Shown: one piece after another, positions 10,517 to 20,496 of the stretch
Layout of the letters: the number at the start of each line of letters is the position of its first letter
Numbering within the stretch: position 1 is the stretch's first letter
Source: Methanobacteriota archaeon
Lineage (GTDB): Archaea > Thermoplasmatota > Poseidoniia > Poseidoniales > Poseidoniaceae
DNA: 64,000 nt
Direction of reading: 5' to 3'
NCBI GenBank assembly: GCA_038104845.1
Contig: JAYOBJ010000004.1
Location: 14,129-78,128, forward strand
Position numbers and translations under genes: made by a program
Notes under the pieces: generated by a model
Seen by the model: the letters and a program-made list of their open reading frames with translations, nothing else
Told to the model about the DNA's origin: nothing
Database searches by the model: none

Positions 10517-11209
10517 TCACTCTTCTTCTTCTTGACGGGTCCATTCGGCGACGATTTCCGTGATGATGGGGTCGTCGGCTTCGACTTGATACAGGTATTC
10601 GCCTGGAACTTCGTCGGTCAAGAAAACGGTCTTACCGGCCCGGTAAATGACATGTCCGTCGGCGATGGCACGTGTGGTGTCGACCTCGAGGATGGTCGGT
10701 CGATGGATGCGAACGTGGCCGGCTTCCATGGCGTTGGCAATGGTTCGCGACAAGTGGACGTTTTTCCGGTCGCCAGCGGTGATGCCGTACTCCATGTAGG
10801 TCTCCACTTCATCGGCTTGGCACGGGTAGAACAGCACTTCGGGGATGTCGTCGGTCGGTAGGTCGAGGTCAAGTTCAATCGAGTGGCCATACGTGGCTCG
10901 AATCATCCCGTTCTCAACTTGGTAGCGACCTTTCTCATCAGCGTTGGCGATGGCTTCGAAGTGCCAGCCGCGCAGCCAGTGGTAGTGGCGGCGTTGGTTG
11001 CCAATGGCGTCGGAAAGCTCCCGAGCGTTCACCCATCCGTTGATGTCCATGTCCACCCCGAACTTCTCGGGTGCGTGTCGGAGCACCAACGCCAGCATCC
11101 GTCCCAAACTGTTGGCTTCTCGGTCGCTCATGATGAATTTCCCTTCATCGTTGCAGACAGCGCAGTTGGTTCCTGAAAAGTGTCCGTGGGTCCTGCATTG
11201 GCGCAGCAT
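10517..11209 (-). CDS. kptA: RNA 2'-phosphotransferase KptA/Tpt1
   Basis: LRHAPEKFG, IRATYGHS, RKNVHLS, VFLTDEVP. Confidence 0.93.
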   Translation of the reverse strand: MLRQCRTHGHFSGTNCAVCNDEGKFIMSDREANSLGRMLALVLRHAPEKFGVDMDINGWVNARELSDAIGNQRRHYHWLRGWHFEAIANADEKGRYQVENGMIRATYGHSIELDLDLPTDDIPEVLFYPCQADEVETYMEYGITAGDRKNVHLSRTIANAMEAGHVRIHRPTILEVDTTRAIADGHVIYRAGKTVFLTDEVPGEYLYQVEADDPIITEIVAEWTRQEEEE

Positions 11210-11317
11210 GGAGTGAAGGCGAGGGTCCACGCCTCATGAACCCTGCGGGATGGGTTGACGCAGAAACCACGCCCTGGCAAGCGAGGGTATCAAGGACCGA
11301 AGGGTGGTGGCAACGGC

Positions 11318-12490
11318 ATGGTGAACGTGGCGATGGTCGGCGCTGGCCAAACCAAGTACGGCAATCATCCACTGGGGCTCAAAGGGATGTGGGCCGAGGC
11401 TGCTGAACAGGCCTTCGCGTCGATTGACGGTGACGTTGAACCCCAACAGGTGGACGAGGCGTTCATCGGTAGCCTGGCCTTCGGCGGGGCCCAATTGGGC
11501 AACACCGCCGCGTTGTTGACCGAGCACTCCCGAATGAAGGGCGTTCCGGTTCGCCGGGTGGAAAATGCATGCGCCTCTTCGGGTTACGCCCTTCGAGATG
11601 CCTGGATGGCCATCAAATCCGGTCAAGCGGACATCGTGGTGGCCGGTGGCATCGAGAAAATGAACGACTTAACACCCGAGCGCAAGCGGTACTGGCTCGG
11701 GGTGTCCGGTGACACGGAATGGGAACGCCTCGCTGGGTTGACCTTTCCTGGTACCTACGCCTTGATGGCACGCCGACATTTTCACGAACACGGAAGCACA
11801 CACGACGACCTCGTTCACATCAGTGTCAAAAATCATCTCCACGGGTCGATGAATGCCAAAGCACACATTCAGAAAGCGGTGGATTTCGAGAAAGCCGCCT
11901 CAGGCTTCATGGTGGCTGACCCCCTTACGCTGTACGACTGTTGCCCCACCTCGGACGGTGCTTCGTGCGTTGTGCTGGCGGCCGACCACGTCGCACGGCG
12001 ATTGACCGACACACCGGTGTGGATCAACGGGTCCGGTGCGGCCTCGGACCATCTGGCTCTCCACGACCGGCCAAGCATCACGCGACTCGCTGCCACCCAG
12101 CAAGCCGCTCGGCGAGCCTATGCCCAGGCCGGCGTGTCAGCAGGCGACATTGACCTTGCTGAGGTTCACGATTGCTTCACCATCGCCGAGTTGCTGGCCA
12201 CCGAAGACCTCGGTTTCGCAGCCGCCGGTGAAGGGGGTGTGTTCGCCCGCAACGGGGAGGGCCGCCTCAACGAGGGCGACGTCACCATCAACGCCAGTGG
12301 TGGCCTCAAATCGAAAGGTCATCCACTCGGTGCCACCGGAACCGGTCAAGCGGTCGAGGTCTTTCAACAACTTCGGCACGAGGTGGGGAACCAACGGCAA
12401 GTGCGCGACGCAGAAGTGGCCCTCACGCACAACGTGGGTGGTTCGGGTGCCACGTGTGCGGTCCATGTGTTCGGTCGGGAGGTGGCCTGA
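11318..12490 (+). CDS. Acetyl-CoA acetyltransferase (archaeal/SCP2-type thiolase)
   Basis: ENACASSG, EVHDCFT, KGHPLGATG, HNVGG. Confidence 0.93.
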   Translation: MVNVAMVGAGQTKYGNHPLGLKGMWAEAAEQAFASIDGDVEPQQVDEAFIGSLAFGGAQLGNTAALLTEHSRMKGVPVRRVENACASSGYALRDAWMAIKSGQADIVVAGGIEKMNDLTPERKRYWLGVSGDTEWERLAGLTFPGTYALMARRHFHEHGSTHDDLVHISVKNHLHGSMNAKAHIQKAVDFEKAASGFMVADPLTLYDCCPTSDGASCVVLAADHVARRLTDTPVWINGSGAASDHLALHDRPSITRLAATQQAARRAYAQAGVSAGDIDLAEVHDCFTIAELLATEDLGFAAAGEGGVFARNGEGRLNEGDVTINASGGLKSKGHPLGATGTGQAVEVFQQLRHEVGNQRQVRDAEVALTHNVGGSGATCAVHVFGREVA

Positions 12491-13308
12491 TGGACGAACA
12501 CCTTGTCTGGCAAGGTTACCTGCTCAGTCACCACGATGCGTTCACCGTGGTGCAATCGCCGTTCACGCTGACCGGCGCCCGTGTCTTTGGTGCAGACAGC
12601 GACCCAACCACCCTTGCCGTCGCTGCGTTGCTCCACCGGATCGGAACGGAACGGGTGGACTCGGTGAGCGTCCCTGAGGGCATGGACGGCCCCACCTTGG
12701 CCGCAGCATGCGGTGTGAAAGTGGCCAGCGAGGACGACCTTGATGCCTGCTCGTGGGACCTGATGCTCAGCGATGAGGCCGTGGTGGTGTTGGCCAAGCG
12801 TGGAGCGGACTTGACCATCCCCCACCTCGATGTCGAAGTGCCGGTCGATGCTCAAGAACACGCTGCTATGGAGGAGGCTTGGTCGAAGGAACTCCATCCG
12901 CAGCACGTGAGTCAAGGTGCCTTTGTGTCGGAGGCAGCGTACGTTGAGGGTGCGGGTGCTCGACTGGCCATGGAAGGTCAGCGAACCCGAGGCACCGTGG
13001 TGTGGCCGCCCCGCTTCGGCGACCACGGTTCAGCCGAGTCCACCAACGTCCACCGCACTGGCGAGGTGTTGTCGTGGACAGCGCTGAGCGCTGCGGGAGC
13101 CCCCTCGGAATTTGCGTTGCGAGCGCCGTTGTTGGGTGGCTTGGCCACGGTGTTGTTGCACTTGGAGGACGGGCCCAACGGTGTGTTCCTCCTGGTGGAC
13201 GATGAAGATCACGACATCACCATGGGGGCATCGGTGGAATTGGTCCTGCGTCGCCTTTACGCCCAAGAGGGGTTCATGCGTTACGGGCTTAAAGGTCGGC
13301 TCGTTTGA
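12490..13308 (+). CDS. DUF35/OB-fold thiolase partner with N-terminal extension
   Basis: WPPR, GEVLSWT, GAPSEF, VELVLRRLY...RYGLK; start overlaps the thiolase stop (TGATG). Confidence 0.75.
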   Translation: MDEHLVWQGYLLSHHDAFTVVQSPFTLTGARVFGADSDPTTLAVAALLHRIGTERVDSVSVPEGMDGPTLAAACGVKVASEDDLDACSWDLMLSDEAVVVLAKRGADLTIPHLDVEVPVDAQEHAAMEEAWSKELHPQHVSQGAFVSEAAYVEGAGARLAMEGQRTRGTVVWPPRFGDHGSAESTNVHRTGEVLSWTALSAAGAPSEFALRAPLLGGLATVLLHLEDGPNGVFLLVDDEDHDITMGASVELVLRRLYAQEGFMRYGLKGRLV

Positions 13309-13351
13309 TGGCATCAAAGAGTTCATAGAAAACCGTGTCACCATCACCGTT

Positions 13352-14368
13352 ATGGCTGGTTTTGGCGGCATGCGCAAAGGTCGAGAAGAAGCGAAGACCA
13401 ACCTTGGTTTCACCGAAGGTGGCGATTGCCCTCGCTGCGGTGGGAACGCACAGGATTCCAGCATGGCGGGTTACTTGCAGTGCGGCTCGTGCATGCACGA
13501 ATGGGCCGATCCAAATTACGTCGAAGAGCGTCGCCGTCCCGAGCCTCCCACACATCGCCGTGATGCCGAGTTGATTGAGCAATTCAAATCCGAAATGGCA
13601 TCGGGTGAATTGGCGAATGTCTTGGGCGTGAACAAGAATTTGACGGGCGCGCAGGAGCAATCCCTCAAGCGCCTTGAAGACAAGTGGATGAGCGGGATGC
13701 AAGGTCACTACAACGCCGCCTCGGAGGAGCGGAAGCCCTTGATGATCAGTTTTGATGACGACGACAACATCGTGTCCACCGAAGTCGCGGCCATCACCAT
13801 CGTGTCCAACGGGTTTGACGGTGGTGAGGAGATTCGACTGGAATACCCCGGCCGTGGGACCGAATTTTACGCCTACAACGAGCGCAGCCCCACCGGTTGG
13901 AAGCGTGGACGGGACGCCGAGGCCACCGCCCGTTCCATCGCGAACGTCATCAACCGGTCAAGCCGTTTGGTCTATGCCAACCTGCAAGGGCACCGCATCT
14001 CGTTTGAGCTTCGCGAACATGACCTCAAGCCAGAATCCTTTGTCATCTTCGTCGACGACCCGGGCGGCACCGACATCGTCGCCGAAAAGGGGGGTGTGGT
14101 GCTGGATCACCGCGACTTCTCAACCCTCCAGGACTACCGAACGGTGGTTGAAATGGTCCTCGAGGATGGCATCATTTCCCCAAGCGAAGACCAACTGCTT
14201 TGGGCCATGCGCCAACAACTCAACATCGACGATGCCTACCACGTTCAGATGGTCATCGACATCTGCGGCGAACACACGCTGAAGGAATGCACCTCGTGCA
14301 GCGGGATGGCCGAGTTGTATCCCGAGTACGCCGCTTGGTACTGCCATGCGTGCGAAGCGTGGTGCTGA
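13352..14368 (+). CDS. Hypothetical protein with N- and C-terminal zinc ribbons and a TerB-like segment
   Basis: CPRC..CGSC; LEDGIISPSEDQLL; CTSC..WYCHAC. Confidence 0.75.
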   Translation: MAGFGGMRKGREEAKTNLGFTEGGDCPRCGGNAQDSSMAGYLQCGSCMHEWADPNYVEERRRPEPPTHRRDAELIEQFKSEMASGELANVLGVNKNLTGAQEQSLKRLEDKWMSGMQGHYNAASEERKPLMISFDDDDNIVSTEVAAITIVSNGFDGGEEIRLEYPGRGTEFYAYNERSPTGWKRGRDAEATARSIANVINRSSRLVYANLQGHRISFELREHDLKPESFVIFVDDPGGTDIVAEKGGVVLDHRDFSTLQDYRTVVEMVLEDGIISPSEDQLLWAMRQQLNIDDAYHVQMVIDICGEHTLKECTSCSGMAELYPEYAAWYCHACEAWC

Positions 14369-14486
14369 ACGCACGCAAACGACCGTTCTATAGGACCGTC
14401 CATCGGTGTTCCACATCGCTCTCCTCGCAACGTGAACGTCGATGGGTCAAGGGACCTTTCATAAAGTGAAGGGACTACGCAACCCC

Positions 14487-15512
14487 ATGGCCAACGAAAC
14501 GCTGTACATTGGAATCGATTTGGGGACGTTCCGTTCCGTGATGGTGTCGTCCGACAGCCACGAAGTCGAAGAACTGACCGTCATCGGCACCCCCAAAGAC
14601 CCCATCGCGCGCAATTTCTTGAAGCGAGATGTGCTCTTCGGCCACGAGGCCCTGAAGAACCGCTTGGCACTCAACCTGTTCCGGCCGCTTGAACTCGGTG
14701 TCATCAAGGACACGCCAGAAGACCGCGAATTCATCGCCCACTTCATCACCCACCTCATCGGCTTGGCCGACCCCGAGGAATACGACCGTGTGGTCGCCGT
14801 CATCGGTGCACCGGCCGAAGCCAGCCACGTTGACAAGACGGCCATCTTTGACGCTGCAGCGGGTTCCGTGAACTCGGCCATGATCATTTCAGAACCGTTT
14901 GCTGTCGCCTACGCCTTGGACATGATCACCCACACCCTGGTCATCGACATCGGTGCCGGCACCACGGACTTGTGCCGTGTGTACGGGACCATCCCCGGCC
15001 CTGGCGACCAGATGCACACCGGTCACGCTGGCGACTTCGTTGACAACCAACTCATCAAGGAAATCACGGCCAAATACAACGGTGCACAGGTCACCAAGGA
15101 CATGGCTCGACGCTGGAAAGAACAGTACTCCTTCGTGTCCACCGCAACGCCTGACGAGCCCGTGCTTGTCGACTTCTCAATCGAAGGCAAGGCCATGACC
15201 CTCGACATCACCGATTGCATGCAGCGTGCCTGCGAATCGATCGTTGACCCCATCGTCGAGAACGTGAAGAAGCTCATCGCCGGTTCCAACCCCGAATACC
15301 ACGACGAGTTCCGCAAGAACATGGTCCTCGCCGGTGGCGGCTCGTCCATCAAGGGCCTTGGTGCCCTCATCGAACGGCGACTCTCCGACATGGGCGATGT
15401 GAACGTTCACGTTGTGGACGACCCCGTTCGCCTCGGTGCCATGGGTGGCCTTCGGTTGGCCATGGAAGTCCCCGAGGACATGTGGAAGAACCTCACCTTG
15501 GCATCTCGCTGA
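14487..15512 (+). CDS. Actin-like ATPase, MamK-like
   Basis: GIDLGT, SEPFAV, IDIGAGTTD, VLAGGGS actin-fold motifs; motif order resembles MamK as recalled. Confidence 0.88.
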   Translation: MANETLYIGIDLGTFRSVMVSSDSHEVEELTVIGTPKDPIARNFLKRDVLFGHEALKNRLALNLFRPLELGVIKDTPEDREFIAHFITHLIGLADPEEYDRVVAVIGAPAEASHVDKTAIFDAAAGSVNSAMIISEPFAVAYALDMITHTLVIDIGAGTTDLCRVYGTIPGPGDQMHTGHAGDFVDNQLIKEITAKYNGAQVTKDMARRWKEQYSFVSTATPDEPVLVDFSIEGKAMTLDITDCMQRACESIVDPIVENVKKLIAGSNPEYHDEFRKNMVLAGGGSSIKGLGALIERRLSDMGDVNVHVVDDPVRLGAMGGLRLAMEVPEDMWKNLTLASR

Positions 15513-15774
15513 GAACAGAGGATTTCGTCACACAGGAAGGTGACGGGCCGCACTGGCCAGGTTGGCTTGGACGTAACGTGCACCTCCGCATCTGATGCCG
15601 AGAGCCGTGGTTTCCTCGATTCCTGTGACTTACAATTCGTCTTGAATGGTCTCATGCGCAGTTGAATCAGCACCCCTCCATTGGAAACAGACGACACACT
15701 TTCGTGCGATTGTTTGCAAGGTCGGGGAACCGCTGTTCAAGCTCGGTCAACAGTTTCGTGATGGTTGGTGATGA

Positions 15775-16434
15775 TCAGGCGTTGCCGGCTGCTTCGACTT
15801 CGGCCCAGTCCTTCATGAACCCGTCAAGACCCTTGTCGGTCAGAGGATGGCTCATCAGCTGGCGGAAGGTCTTGGCGGGCATGGTTGCCGTGTGCGCACC
15901 CAATTGGATGCACTGGAGCACGTGCGTGGGGTGGCGGATGGACGCAGCGAGCACTTTGGTGTCGAGGTCATAATTGGCCCAGGTGTTCATGATTTCAGCG
16001 ATGAGTTCCATACCGTCATGGCCGGTGTCGTCGATGCGGCCAATGAAGGGTGAGACGTAGGTGGCGCCGGCCTTGGCAGCCATGAGTGCCTGCGAGGCGG
16101 AGAAGATCAGGGTCACGTTCGTGTCCACACCCTCCTCGCTCAGAATTTTGGTGGCGGCCAAGCCAGCAGGGGTGCACGGAATTTTGATGATCACGTTCTC
16201 TGGAAGTTCGGCCTTCAAGGCTCGACCCTGCTCCACCATGCCATCGGTGTCCAAGGCGGTCACTTCGGCCGAGATAGGGCCGCTGCAAATGCCAGCGATT
16301 TCCCGCACCACTTCCTTGAAATCGCGTCCGGATTTTTTGATGAGCGACGGGTTGGTGGTCACGCCGTCGAGAATCCCCCACGAGGCAATTTCACGAATTT
16401 CATCAACGTCAGCGGTGTCCAGGAAAAATTCCAT
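15775..16434 (-). CDS. tal: Transaldolase (short TalC/FSA type)
   Basis: [43 protein letters not shown]. Confidence 0.95.
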   Translation of the reverse strand: MEFFLDTADVDEIREIASWGILDGVTTNPSLIKKSGRDFKEVVREIAGICSGPISAEVTALDTDGMVEQGRALKAELPENVIIKIPCTPAGLAATKILSEEGVDTNVTLIFSASQALMAAKAGATYVSPFIGRIDDTGHDGMELIAEIMNTWANYDLDTKVLAASIRHPTHVLQCIQLGAHTATMPAKTFRQLMSHPLTDKGLDGFMKDWAEVEAAGNA

Positions 16435-16482
16435 GCCCAACCGTCAACGAAGCGGTTCTATGAACCCTCCCCCAGCGCGGTG

Positions 16483-17424
16483 TCATGCTTTCCTTGCGAT
16501 CGCTTCGAGGGCAGCCTTGACCACATCAGCGGGTGTCAGCCCCATGATTTCCAGCATTTCATCGGATTGAGCCGACTCACCGAAGCGGTCCTTCACGCCT
16601 ACGCGAACCAAGGGGGTGGCGCCAGTCGCCGAGAGGTGTTCGGCCACAGCGCCCCCAAGTCCACCGATGATGGAATGGTCCTCGGCCGTTACGATGGCGC
16701 CGCAGCGTTGGGCGAGGGTGTCCACCAAATTGCCATCAAGCGGCTTGATCGTGTGCATGTCAACAACGGTGGCGTGGATGCCTTGCTCGGCCAACAGGAT
16801 TCGGGCTTCGAGCGCTTGGGCGACCATGACGCCACAGGCAACGATGGCGACGTCATCCCCGTCCTCCAACACAACTCCCTTACCGATTTGGATGGTTCCC
16901 TCAGGCGCATCGTCGTACAACACCGGTGTCTTGTTTCGTGCTGTTCGCATGTACGATGGGGTGGTGGTGGACGCAAGCTGAACGGTCAGCAGGCGGGTGG
17001 AGACGTCGTCGGCAGGGTGAAGCACTGTCACGTTGGGTAAGGTGCGGTACACGGCCAAATCTTCAATTGACTGGGCCGAAGAACCGTCCGTTCCGGTGTG
17101 GGTGCCGCCATGGGAGCCGCACAAATGGACCGCAAGGTTGGGGCGGGCCACACCGTTTCGCATCTGTTCGAACGCCCGTTCCGTGAAGATGGCGAAGGTG
17201 GAGGCGAAGGGAATGTAACCGCTGGCCGCCAAACCTGCACCAACCAGGAGCATGTTTTGCTCACCGATGCCGCAGGAAACGGTGCGTTCAGGGTGGGCTT
17301 TGCGAAAGTGAAGGGACTTGGTCGACTTGCCGAGGTCGGCTTCCAACACGACCACCTTTGGGTTGGCTGCCAAATCCAACAGGGCCTGCCCGTAGCCGTC
17401 TCGCGTGGCTGCCATGCGGGTCAC
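16483..17424 (-). CDS. tktB: Transketolase C-terminal subunit
   Basis: GIGEQNM, RAFEQMRN, DMHTIKPLD, EDHSIIGGLG. Confidence 0.93.
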   Translation of the reverse strand: MTRMAATRDGYGQALLDLAANPKVVVLEADLGKSTKSLHFRKAHPERTVSCGIGEQNMLLVGAGLAASGYIPFASTFAIFTERAFEQMRNGVARPNLAVHLCGSHGGTHTGTDGSSAQSIEDLAVYRTLPNVTVLHPADDVSTRLLTVQLASTTTPSYMRTARNKTPVLYDDAPEGTIQIGKGVVLEDGDDVAIVACGVMVAQALEARILLAEQGIHATVVDMHTIKPLDGNLVDTLAQRCGAIVTAEDHSIIGGLGGAVAEHLSATGATPLVRVGVKDRFGESAQSDEMLEIMGLTPADVVKAALEAIARKA

Positions 17425-18311
17425 GCTGTCACCCCCAATTCAGCCATGGCGATGGCATACTGCTCATCGTTGGGTGCTGCTCCGTGGAAAGCAGGGTTGT
17501 CCTCCATGTACGAGACACCTTTGCCCTTGACGGTGTTGGCGATGAGGATGGATGGGCCGTTGTTGTTTGAGGCCAAGAAATTCAATCCCTCAAGGATTGA
17601 CTCCATGTCGTGACCGTCGATTTCCATGACGTTCCACCCGAACGCTCGCCACTTGGCGGGGATGTCAAACATCCGCATTTGCGCCTCGCAAAAATCGTCA
17701 TTCTGGATGCGGTTGCGGTCGAGAATGACGTTGAGGTTGCCCAATTCATGGTGGGCTGCAGCCATGGCCGCCTCCCACACCGAACCTTCCTGGATCTCAC
17801 CGTCGCCAAGCATCACGTAGGCTTGACGTTCGCTCTTGTCCATGCGTGCGGCCAGAGCGGCGCCCATGCCGAAGGAAAGACCCATGCCGAGTGAGCCAGC
17901 GGAAAAATCGACGCCGGGGCACCATTTCATGTCGACGTGGCCTTGGCAAATCCCACCCTTGACTCGGTAGGACTTGAGATCCTCAACGCTGATGAAACCC
18001 ATTTCCGCTAAGATGGCGTACATTCCGGGTGAGGCGTGACCTTTGGACAGCACAAATCGATCTCGGTCGCCCCAGTCGGGGTCATCGGGTCGAACGCGCA
18101 ACTGTGTCTTGTACAAGGCCGTCAGCAGATCGATCTCTGAAAGTGACCCGCCAGGGTGACCGGCTTGTGCACGGTGAACCATGTTGACAATGTGAACGCG
18201 GCATCGTCGTGCTGTTTCTTGGAGTTCTTCAATCGTGGTCAAACTGTCACCACCAGTCGGTCGTGAAGGGTGGCCTTTCATCCTTGTGTCCACGACTTGA
18301 GCCGTCGCCAC
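17421..18311 (-). CDS. tktA: Transketolase N-terminal subunit
   Basis: GHPGGSLS, DRFVLSKGH, GDGEIQEG ThDP motif, TVKGKG. Confidence 0.93.
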   Translation of the reverse strand: MATAQVVDTRMKGHPSRPTGGDSLTTIEELQETARRCRVHIVNMVHRAQAGHPGGSLSEIDLLTALYKTQLRVRPDDPDWGDRDRFVLSKGHASPGMYAILAEMGFISVEDLKSYRVKGGICQGHVDMKWCPGVDFSAGSLGMGLSFGMGAALAARMDKSERQAYVMLGDGEIQEGSVWEAAMAAAHHELGNLNVILDRNRIQNDDFCEAQMRMFDIPAKWRAFGWNVMEIDGHDMESILEGLNFLASNNNGPSILIANTVKGKGVSYMEDNPAFHGAAPNDEQYAIAMAELGVTA

Positions 18312-20351
18312 TCAGCGTTGGCGCGGTTTCAGGGCGTCGATGAGGTTGCGCACCGCATCGGCCGTGACCATGACGGCGTCACCAGCAAGGGTCCCGCCCT
18401 TGGGCAGCGTCCGCGTGGCCAGCCAGATGAACACGGCCACAAACCATCCGAAAAACAACAGCGAGAGGGTGTTGTTGAGGGTGACGACACCGAAGATGTC
18501 GGGAAGGTCGACCTTCATCACGATCAGCACAGCGATGAGCACGCCCATGATGGACTCACCAGCGATGAATCCTGCCCCGATGAGCACACCGCGACTTTCC
18601 ACTTCTTTGGCTGCTGCTTGCGCCCGCTCACTGGGCACATCTCGCAGCACGCCATCGGTGCGAAGGTGAGCGCTGCGCAACAGCACGTGCGAGATGACAC
18701 CGCCTGCCATGATGGGGACGGAGAGCCCGAGCGGCAGGTAGATCCCAATAGCGACGCTCATCACGGGCATCTTGAGTCGAATCAAGGTCACAGCAATCAC
18801 AGCCCCAAGGACGACCATCTGCAGGTTGAGTTCGCCCCCAAAAGCACCTTGAACAATGGCGCCGATGAGTTCGGCTTGCGGTGCGAAAAGGGCTTTGGAA
18901 CAGGTTGGGTCGGCGTCGAGCGGGTTCATTTCACAAGCCGTGAGGGAAATTCGGAACGCGTTGTGCAGCAACGAGAGCACCGGGCCGATGACGATGGCAC
19001 CGGTGACAACACCGATGATTTCGGCCACCTGTTGTCGCTTCGGCGTGGCGCCCAGCATGTGGCCGGTTTTCAGGTCCTGCATCACATCGCCGGCAATTGC
19101 AGCACTGGACGCCACGATCGCGGCGATGAGCAGGGTGGCGTACATCAAATCGGTCATCGCCATGTCGAGCAGCAGGTCGCCGACCACCCACACCAACCCC
19201 ACCGTGAACAGCAGCGTGGCGATGGTCATGCCCGACACGGGGGAGTTGGAGGAGCCAACCACGCCTGCGATGTAACCGGCGACGGCCGCAAAAAAGAACG
19301 CGACAAAGGCGAGGAAGAGCGCTCCGGCGAGGGCCAGCACCAAGGATCCGGTTGCCCACCAATAAAAGAGGAATGTCAACAACACCAACACGCCGCACAC
19401 CGCAAACACGCCCCGCATGGGCAGGTCCTGTTCAGTTCGTGGCAGTTCATTCGCATCAGCGTCCGTACGGACAAGGGCTTTGGACAGCCCCTTGATGATC
19501 GTCGTTCGCATTGACCACAGCGTGTAAACACCGCCCACCACCATGGCGCCGACGCCGACGTACCTCACTTCTGCGGCCCAAATGCCGTAGAACCCATCCA
19601 CCATTGAGTCGGTGGCCGGCCAACCGTAGATGAGGCCGTACATGGGCACCAGCAGACCGAATCCGAGGACGCCGCCAAGGAAGATGAACGAAGCGATCCG
19701 GATGCCGACGATGTAGCCGACGGACAGGAGTGCAATGGACAGGTCCATGCCCGCATACAAACGGGTGGACATGAAATTCACGGCTCCTTCCACGGTGTGG
19801 TGCGTCACTTCGAACCCTTTCACCATCAAACCGTAGATGCCACCGATGGCCAGGGCATACAGGATGGCCATGGCTCCATCACCACCTTCCTCGCCAGCCA
19901 CCAACACTTCCCTGCACGCCACGCCTTCGGGGTAGGGCAGGGCTTCTTCGACGATGAACAACCGACGCAGGGCGATCGTGAACATGGTGCCGAGCAACCC
20001 CCCGAGCATGGCGATGATCAGGGTTTCCAACCATTGGATTTCGCCCCAAATGCCCATGACCAGCAACGCAGGGACCGTGAAGATCACACCAGCAGCGAGC
20101 GATTCACCGGCGGACGCCATGGTCTGGACGGCGTTGTTTTCGAGGATGGAGACGTCCTTAAACAGTGAGCGAAGGATGATCATGGACATGACCGCAGCCG
20201 GAATGCTGGCCGAAACCGTCATGCCAGCGTACAGGCCCAAGTATGCATTGGCCGCTGTCATCAGAACGCCGAGGACGATGCCAACGATGACCACACGCAA
20301 CGTCAATTCCATGGGCGATTCGCCTGCTGGAATGTACGGTTGGCCGTCCAT
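18312..20351 (-). CDS. OPT-family oligopeptide transporter
   Basis: ELTLR, AYLGLYAGMTVSASIPAAV, LPYPEGVAC, SPVSGMTI, MQDLKTGH; many TM helices. Confidence 0.92.
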   Translation of the reverse strand: MDGQPYIPAGESPMELTLRVVIVGIVLGVLMTAANAYLGLYAGMTVSASIPAAVMSMIILRSLFKDVSILENNAVQTMASAGESLAAGVIFTVPALLVMGIWGEIQWLETLIIAMLGGLLGTMFTIALRRLFIVEEALPYPEGVACREVLVAGEEGGDGAMAILYALAIGGIYGLMVKGFEVTHHTVEGAVNFMSTRLYAGMDLSIALLSVGYIVGIRIASFIFLGGVLGFGLLVPMYGLIYGWPATDSMVDGFYGIWAAEVRYVGVGAMVVGGVYTLWSMRTTIIKGLSKALVRTDADANELPRTEQDLPMRGVFAVCGVLVLLTFLFYWWATGSLVLALAGALFLAFVAFFFAAVAGYIAGVVGSSNSPVSGMTIATLLFTVGLVWVVGDLLLDMAMTDLMYATLLIAAIVASSAAIAGDVMQDLKTGHMLGATPKRQQVAEIIGVVTGAIVIGPVLSLLHNAFRISLTACEMNPLDADPTCSKALFAPQAELIGAIVQGAFGGELNLQMVVLGAVIAVTLIRLKMPVMSVAIGIYLPLGLSVPIMAGGVISHVLLRSAHLRTDGVLRDVPSERAQAAAKEVESRGVLIGAGFIAGESIMGVLIAVLIVMKVDLPDIFGVVTLNNTLSLLFFGWFVAVFIWLATRTLPKGGTLAGDAVMVTADAVRNLIDALKPRQR

Positions 20352-20496
20352 GAATCGCCCCAAACGGTCCAAGTAGGTATAGCCACCGCCGTTCGCTGTT
20401 TGACCGTTGAATTGGATGGGGTTTTGTCCATCAATCTAATATGGAGAAAGAAATTCCGACAGGGAAAGACCTCTTGGTCTTCGTGGGTGATTGACC

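Noticed and set aside
14487..15512. Magnetosome island
   Set aside because: No other mam/mms genes nearby; only the actin is MamK-like
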